Positions 58,840 to 64,000 of a stretch of 64,000 bases of DNA are shown here, piece after piece; position 1 is the stretch's first letter, and each line of letters starts with the position of its first letter. Source of the DNA: Setoptus koraiensis (taxonomy: Eukaryota > Animalia > Arthropoda); the NCBI GenBank assembly GCA_048013815.1, contig CM106586.1, forward strand, positions 9,734,001-9,798,000. Direction: 5' to 3'. Under the pieces are notes generated by a model, which saw only the letters and a list, made by a program, of their open reading frames with translations, searched no databases and was not told where the DNA came from. Position numbers and translations under genes: made by a program.

Positions 58840-61800
58840 ATGACTACGGCGACTATAGCGCCCAAACTTCAACCAGATAAGAATGCCTCCCTTGCTCATC
58901 AAAACATTTGTATAACTGAGGTTAATTTCCAAAAGAAACGAATAACGGGCTTTGTTGAGTTGCACCTTTTGCCCATTAAGGACAAATTCGACAAAGTTCG
59001 ACTAAATGCAAAACAATGCAAAATCACAAAGTTACTAATGCGCGATGCTCATTCATCCTACATGTGCTGTAATTTCTACTACAATGATCCACTTCTTGAG
59101 ATTGTATCGGCGGAACAAAATCAAACCTCAGAAAGAACTGTGTCTGCTTTTAATGCCCAACACAAGAATGTTGTTTTCACAACTGATCCCGACTATGCAA
59201 ATGGAGAGGTTATTATACTAATACCGCCCGAGTTAAATAGAGCCATTACCGCCATAGAAACATTGTTCATTCTAATAGAATTTGTCTTGGAAGATCCAGA
59301 CGGCGGCATCCATTTTGTAATACCTGACCCGGCCGCCAGTTTAGACGATCAAGCCTTTCCGGCGCAACCAAACGTAACCCTGCCAAGTGTCAATAGTCAA
59401 TCGAGCGATCAAAATGCTAACAAATCGCAATCTAATGCAAACTCAGCCCAAGATAGCCCAAAGAAAGAAGCTGCCAAGAGTGCTGGTCAGTCAGACGAGG
59501 AAGATACCTCACAAACAAACGAAAACGACCAGCAGGAGCAAAATGCCGCCACCGCTAACTCAACATCGGGCTCACAGCAGAACAACACTGAAGCCAATGA
59601 TCTAAGCCAAATTAGTAATAATAGTAGTAGTAATACTAGTAAATTACAATTTCTCTATAGTCACATGTATACTTACAAACATCACAATTCATCCAGACTC
59701 TGGTTTCCATGCATAGACTCCTACAACGAGCCGTGTACTTGGCAAATGGAATTCACAGTTGATTCTCACATGACCGCAATAAGTTGTGGTGATCTTATTA
59801 GCTCCACCTTGTCCGCAGATAAAAAAAAGAAAACATTTACCTATGAGCTCAAGACACCAACATCCGCTCCAAATATAGGCTTAGTTGTAGGCCATTTTGA
59901 ATCTATGGTAGACCCTAACATCCACGAAATAGTACACTACTTTTTACCAAAGATGCGACCCCTAGTTCAAGATAGTTGTATGTTCCTAAATGAATGCTTT
60001 GAATTCTACGAGGAGATGCTCACACAAAAGTACCCCTATTCATCGTACAAACAAATCTTTGTGGATGAAGCATATGCAGATTATCAAAGTTATGCGACTT
60101 TCTCCGTACTCAACACGAATCTTCTACACTCTAAACATATTATCGATCAAACTTTTTATACTAGAAGAATAATAAGCGAAGCAGTTGCGGCGCAATACTT
60201 TGGCTGTTTCATAAGTATGTCTTCTTGGTGTGGTGCATGGCTCACCAGGGGTATTTCCTCCTATATAGGAGCGCAGTATCACAGAAAAGCCTTCGGAAAC
60301 AACGAATACCGTTTCTATGTTCAAGAGACTATAAAGAAAGTCATAGAGTATGAGCAAAAACATGGTGGAATTGTATTAGATGATAGCTCAAGTTTCATCA
60401 GATCTCGTTCCAATGACGCCTTCCATTTCTCTCTCCAATCACCACACACAATATCTCCGTTCTACGACGAAAACCACAAGTTGAAAAGTTTTCTTGTCAT
60501 CAGGATGCTGGAGGATAGAATCGGACGCCTACTACTCGTACAAGTTTTCAACAAAATATTGTCATTAGCATCAAATGCCTCCCTGCAGACAGCCACGGCT
60601 AACTCTTGGTCAAACATGCTGATTTCAACTCTAACTTTCGAGAAAGCTGTTTTCACTGTGACAGGCAAAGACAAAGAGATAGCCTCATTTTTGGAACAAT
60701 GGATTTACCAAGGGGGACATGCCAAATTTGTTGGCCGCTTCATTTTCGACAGGAAAAGAAACGTTATAGAGCTAGAAATTAAGCAGTCCGATACGACCTC
60801 GCTAGGTATCAGGCCTTACTTCGGTCCAATCTCTGTAACAGTCCAAGAGCTAGATGGAACGTTTCCTCAAAAATTGAATATAGAAGAGAACAAAACTACT
60901 CCCTTCACTATTACATGTCATTCCAAGAGTCGCCGTAATAAAAAGAAAAAAATCCCTCTATGCACAGGAGAAGAAGTAGACATGGATCTGTCGATGATGG
61001 ATAATAGTGACTCTCCAGTATTATGGATAAGAATTGATCCAGATATGCAATTACTTCGACATGTCGTTTTTGAACAGCCAGATCACCAGTGGCAATATCA
61101 ATTGAAGTATGAGCGGGACGTTACTGCCCAAATGGATGCTCTCAAAATCTTAGAAAAGTATCCCACCCCAGCCACCAGACGAACCCTTTCAGAGATCATA
61201 GAAGATGAGCGTTGCTTCTATCGAGTACGATGCGCCGCAACTATACATCTACGAAATGTTGCGAATCAGATGGCAATGGCAATTACAACCGGATGGCAGG
61301 CCTCGACTAATATGATCGGAATATACAAACGTTTGTTTGGATCTGCCTCGTGCCCTAATATTGTAAGACTAAACAATTTCTCAGCCACAGATTTCCAGAG
61401 CTATTTTCTTCAAAAGTCCTTGCCGATAGCCATAGCTGGTTTACGGAGTGCCCAGCACAAAGTTTGTCCACCTGAAGTTGTCAAGTTCCTCATTGATCTC
61501 ATCAAGTATAATGATAATTCCAAGAACAAATTCTCAGACAATTACTATCGAGCCGCACTGATTGAAGCTTTGGCGGAAACTGTCACCCCAGTTGTAGGAG
61601 TTTTTGGTGGGGCATCTCAAACTACCTCAGATCAATTGACTGCAGAAACTAAACTAGTTGCCGAGGAAATAGCTCGTTGCATAAACTTGGAAAAAATTCT
61701 ACCTTGCTACAGATATACAGTAACTGTGGCATGTCTCAAAGCTATAAGGCGCCTTCAAAAGATGGGTCATCTACCTACAAATCCATTATTTTTCAGAGAA

Positions 61801-62322
61801 TATGCCAACTATGGCAACTTTGTTGACGTCAGATATGCTGCCATAACAGAATTGGTTGATGTTGTAAAAACGGAACAAAGTCATGAAGATCTAGATTATC
61901 TATTAGATCTGGTCGAAAACGACAATGTTCCAGCAGTGAGATTCTTCGTCCTTTCTCAACTCTACCAAACTCCCCCCGATGTCCCCTCTTTTATAAACAA
62001 CAAGACCGTCTTTGAGAGATTGTGGGAACTTATGAACTCCAAACTGTCGCATGATTCCAAATTGAGATGCGCCGTTGTGGACGTATTCTACATGTTCTAT
62101 GGTAGGTCCATTAGAGGCGACATGTCGAGCAGTCGACACAGCCATCCAAATTACAAGCCTAAAAAGAAGAAAAAGAAGAAGGACAAGGATAGGGATAAAG
62201 AAAAAGACAAGAAAGACAAAGAAAGAAAGAAACAGAAGAAGCTGGAGAAGCTGAAACTATTGGAGGCCTTGGGCCATCATCAGCCGCAACAGAATTCCGA
62301 ACACGACAAACACACAAACTAG
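58840..62322 (+). CDS. TAF2: Transcription initiation factor TFIID subunit 2 (aminopeptidase-like fold), single uninterrupted ORF, 1160 aa
   Basis: Motifs LAHQNICITEVNFQKKRITGFVEL, SRLWFPCIDSY.E.CTW..EFTV, HSKSRRNKKKKIPLCTGEEVDMDLS, VLWIRIDPD, WQYQLKYERDVTAQ, DNYYRAALIEAL, and a Lys-rich C-terminal tail. Confidence 0.97.
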   Translation: MTTATIAPKLQPDKNASLAHQNICITEVNFQKKRITGFVELHLLPIKDKFDKVRLNAKQCKITKLLMRDAHSSYMCCNFYYNDPLLEIVSAEQNQTSERTVSAFNAQHKNVVFTTDPDYANGEVIILIPPELNRAITAIETLFILIEFVLEDPDGGIHFVIPDPAASLDDQAFPAQPNVTLPSVNSQSSDQNANKSQSNANSAQDSPKKEAAKSAGQSDEEDTSQTNENDQQEQNAATANSTSGSQQNNTEANDLSQISNNSSSNTSKLQFLYSHMYTYKHHNSSRLWFPCIDSYNEPCTWQMEFTVDSHMTAISCGDLISSTLSADKKKKTFTYELKTPTSAPNIGLVVGHFESMVDPNIHEIVHYFLPKMRPLVQDSCMFLNECFEFYEEMLTQKYPYSSYKQIFVDEAYADYQSYATFSVLNTNLLHSKHIIDQTFYTRRIISEAVAAQYFGCFISMSSWCGAWLTRGISSYIGAQYHRKAFGNNEYRFYVQETIKKVIEYEQKHGGIVLDDSSSFIRSRSNDAFHFSLQSPHTISPFYDENHKLKSFLVIRMLEDRIGRLLLVQVFNKILSLASNASLQTATANSWSNMLISTLTFEKAVFTVTGKDKEIASFLEQWIYQGGHAKFVGRFIFDRKRNVIELEIKQSDTTSLGIRPYFGPISVTVQELDGTFPQKLNIEENKTTPFTITCHSKSRRNKKKKIPLCTGEEVDMDLSMMDNSDSPVLWIRIDPDMQLLRHVVFEQPDHQWQYQLKYERDVTAQMDALKILEKYPTPATRRTLSEIIEDERCFYRVRCAATIHLRNVANQMAMAITTGWQASTNMIGIYKRLFGSASCPNIVRLNNFSATDFQSYFLQKSLPIAIAGLRSAQHKVCPPEVVKFLIDLIKYNDNSKNKFSDNYYRAALIEALAETVTPVVGVFGGASQTTSDQLTAETKLVAEEIARCINLEKILPCYRYTVTVACLKAIRRLQKMGHLPTNPLFFREYANYGNFVDVRYAAITELVDVVKTEQSHEDLDYLLDLVENDNVPAVRFFVLSQLYQTPPDVPSFINNKTVFERLWELMNSKLSHDSKLRCAVVDVFYMFYGRSIRGDMSSSRHSHPNYKPKKKKKKKDKDRDKEKDKKDKERKKQKKLEKLKLLEALGHHQPQQNSEHDKHTN

Positions 62323-62404
62323 AATACTGATGCAAAAACATAAACTAGAATCAAAACGGTGATTGTTGGAAAATTCCATTTTTATATAGTAACAAAAAAG
62401 AGAG

Positions 62405-62410
62405 ATTAAA
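62405..62410 (+). terminator. Candidate TAF2 polyadenylation signal ATTAAA
   Basis: 82 nt after the stop, in the 136-bp gap between the convergent genes, followed by a U-rich tract. Confidence 0.45.
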
Positions 62411-62458
62411 TTCATATTCATCTTTCATATTTTTATATACATTATTACGAGTTCTTGT

Positions 62459-63415
62459 TTACATTTTTAGCATTTCTACTTGGACTTTGGACGGTGGCCG
62501 GATTCCGTTGCGAAGATAAAGTACCCCATCTAGTGCTACTATAGGCAATCCATTGTCACGATGATAGACGATTAAATGGCTTATATCATTGAATGTCTTC
62601 TCTTTGGTTCGCACAACGCCCATAGCATCTACGAGCAGGAGGTGACGTTTGACATTATTGTGCATGGCGCTTAGCACAAATTGACCAGGGTTCAGGTATG
62701 ACTCCCTGACCAAGAAGTCGCCGTCCTGCTTGAGTCGAGTCTCACTATCTTCTCGACTTAGATATGGTCCATGATACCACTCTTCATTTTGAAGGGAAGC
62801 TCTGATCACAGATCGCATATCCTCTTGGTTCGCAGATATTTCTAATTTAGGGGTCTTTGGTGGTTCCATGAGATCTAGATCGAGAGTGTTGTGGGTAGCT
62901 AATGCTGAGGGCGTTTTGATCATTCTTCTGTCTATCCTTAGCGTGGTACTGTTACTGGATATCTGCTGAGCCCTCTTCTGAAACGCTTTCGCTATAGTGG
63001 CGAGAACACTTTTCGCCATTTCATACCCACATTCCAGGACGAAGCAAGCTCTACCAAATTTTGGATCCTTTGCCACATAGGCGACGAAATCTACTGTGTC
63101 TTCATCACCACTAGAAGCGAAAGAGACATTGGGCATCTCATGTGTTATAATGATTTCTCTAGTATCACACGAAACTATATTGAGGTGGCTGCTAGTGACA
63201 CATAACTGTACTTTGGTTCCTGAATGTAATAAGTTGGGTGCATCAGCTAGCATTGGTCCGACGTCTTCGTTTCTCTTGATTGATACTGGATTCGTTGGAT
63301 ACTTTCTCAGATTCGTAGCTTTGCACAATCTACTAATGGACTCTTTAGCGACTGCTGATCTAGTTTCTGGCTCCATTTTTCTAATTGAAGTTTTCACTTC
63401 GATACAACCAACATA
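62459..63415 (-). CDS. Shc: Shc adaptor, exon 2: PTB domain, short CH1 linker, SH2 domain
   Basis: PTB motifs YVGCIEVKTS, HEMPNVSFASSGD, FVAYVAKDP..GRACFVLEC. SH2 motifs WYHG, GDFLVRES, HLLLVD. PTB followed by SH2 is the Shc family signature. Confidence 0.95.
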   Translation of the reverse strand, partial: YVGCIEVKTSIRKMEPETRSAVAKESISRLCKATNLRKYPTNPVSIKRNEDVGPMLADAPNLLHSGTKVQLCVTSSHLNIVSCDTREIIITHEMPNVSFASSGDEDTVDFVAYVAKDPKFGRACFVLECGYEMAKSVLATIAKAFQKRAQQISSNSTTLRIDRRMIKTPSALATHNTLDLDLMEPPKTPKLEISANQEDMRSVIRASLQNEEWYHGPYLSREDSETRLKQDGDFLVRESYLNPGQFVLSAMHNNVKRHLLLVDAMGVVRTKEKTFNDISHLIVYHRDNGLPIVALDGVLYLRNGIRPPSKVQVEMLKM

Positions 63416-63508
63416 CTTATTAAATGAAGAGAGAAAGAATTGAGCGTGATTAATTCTTATGATCTGAAAAGACCCTACCAGATCTAGTTCTTGCGGAGAT
63501 TTACTTAC
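63416..63508 (-). other. 93-nt stop-free, frame-preserving intron in Shc (read through by the ORF finder)
   Basis: GTAAGT ... TTAAT ... TTCTTTCTCTCTTCATTTAATAAG| TAT GTT GGT TGT. Removing it gives SVTK|YVGCIEV, matching the PTB start. Confidence 0.75.
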
Positions 63509-63604
63509 TTTTGTTACAGATTTGCTGCCGTCTTCATTTTCTCTCACTGATACATGGCAGTAGTCCTCCTCTTTGAGGGGCGAGTATGAAAAATGCGTTG
63601 TCAT
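63509..63604 (-). CDS. Shc: Shc adaptor, exon 1 (MTTHFSY...GSKSVTK)
   Basis: ATG at 63604 on the minus strand, followed after 32 codons by a perfect GTAAGT donor (63508-63503). Confidence 0.7.
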
Positions 63605-64000
63605 TTTAGATGTCTAGGATGTAACTTGAAATATTGCCTAAGATTACGTTGGTGTAAGATCAATATGAGATAATAACTTGTTGAACAGTCCGGTAACAGT
63701 ATGTGGCTATGGTGTTAATAATAATATTTATAGTTGATTGGACAGACAAAATAAGAACAGTATGTAATCCTATCCAGATTATAGGAGTTTCATCATAAGT
63801 AATTTGATTCCATTAGTATCATGTCATCTAATATTTATTGTTGTGATGGTGATATTTCGTCACACATTTTCCTAGGTCCTAAGTTTGCTATTTTTACAAG
63901 TATTGTGATTTGACCCGTGAAATGAAATAAAAATCGTCAACAATGTCTCCATGCGACACCATTTACGATACGGCTAATTTGATGAAAATGGATATCGGAT

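Noticed and set aside
57605-58880. ORFs 57605-58036, 58333-58614, 58447-58806, 58617-58880 as separate genes or uORFs
   Set aside because: Non-ATG starts and no recognisable homology; the PKLQP echo of the TAF2 N-terminus has little nucleotide similarity and is likely chance.
59490-59660. Cryptic intron inside the TAF2 insert
   Set aside because: The acceptor looks good but the only phase-compatible donor (GTCAGA) is weak compared with the strict GTRAGT used elsewhere, and the segment has coding-like composition.
63096-63443. 115-aa + strand ORF
   Set aside because: Antisense shadow of the Shc coding sequence.
1-64000. tRNA, rRNA, snRNA or transposon genes
   Set aside because: No cloverleaf with A/B boxes, no rRNA-like segment, no transposase, RT or terminal repeats recognised by eye; Infernal/tRNAscan would be needed to exclude them fully.

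Overview
Eukaryotic (arthropod-like) genomic window with three recognisable protein-coding genes. (1) A large multi-exon Eph receptor tyrosine kinase gene lies on the + strand. I can splice 12 coding exons in frame from 25794 to the stop at 53465, about 1206 aa covering the ligand-binding domain, Cys-rich/EGF region, two FN3 domains, TM, juxtamembrane, kinase, SAM and a PDZ-type tail GYLV. The signal-peptide exon is not resolved. Two of the exons (35249-35314, 37022-37135) and several splice junctions are not evident from the ORF track. (2) An apparently intronless TAF2 (TFIID subunit 2, 58840-62322, +). (3) A convergent, compact Shc adaptor (62459-63604, -) that hides a 93-nt stop-free in-frame intron. 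Positions 1 to about 53 kb are GC/CpG-rich, lack recognisable transposons and are dense with short tandem repeats and perfect palindromes; the last ~10 kb is AT-rich and gene-dense. Most other ORFs in the track are repeat- or GC-driven artefacts. The most interesting signal is a recurring 3' splice-site design: branch point, then pyrimidine tract, then an AG-free tandem-repeat spacer of up to ~380 nt, then CAG. It precedes most Eph exons and also precedes a perfect CAG|GTGAGT at 9128-9136, which looks like a recursive (zero-length exon) splice site in the long 5' region. Other highlights are the altered Eph juxtamembrane phosphotyrosine switch, polyQ/polyT loop insertions in the Eph ectodomain, and a Shc with no tyrosine in its CH1 region. 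An intron-poor compact genome such as an eriophyoid-type mite is a guess, not a determination. All counts were made by eye.
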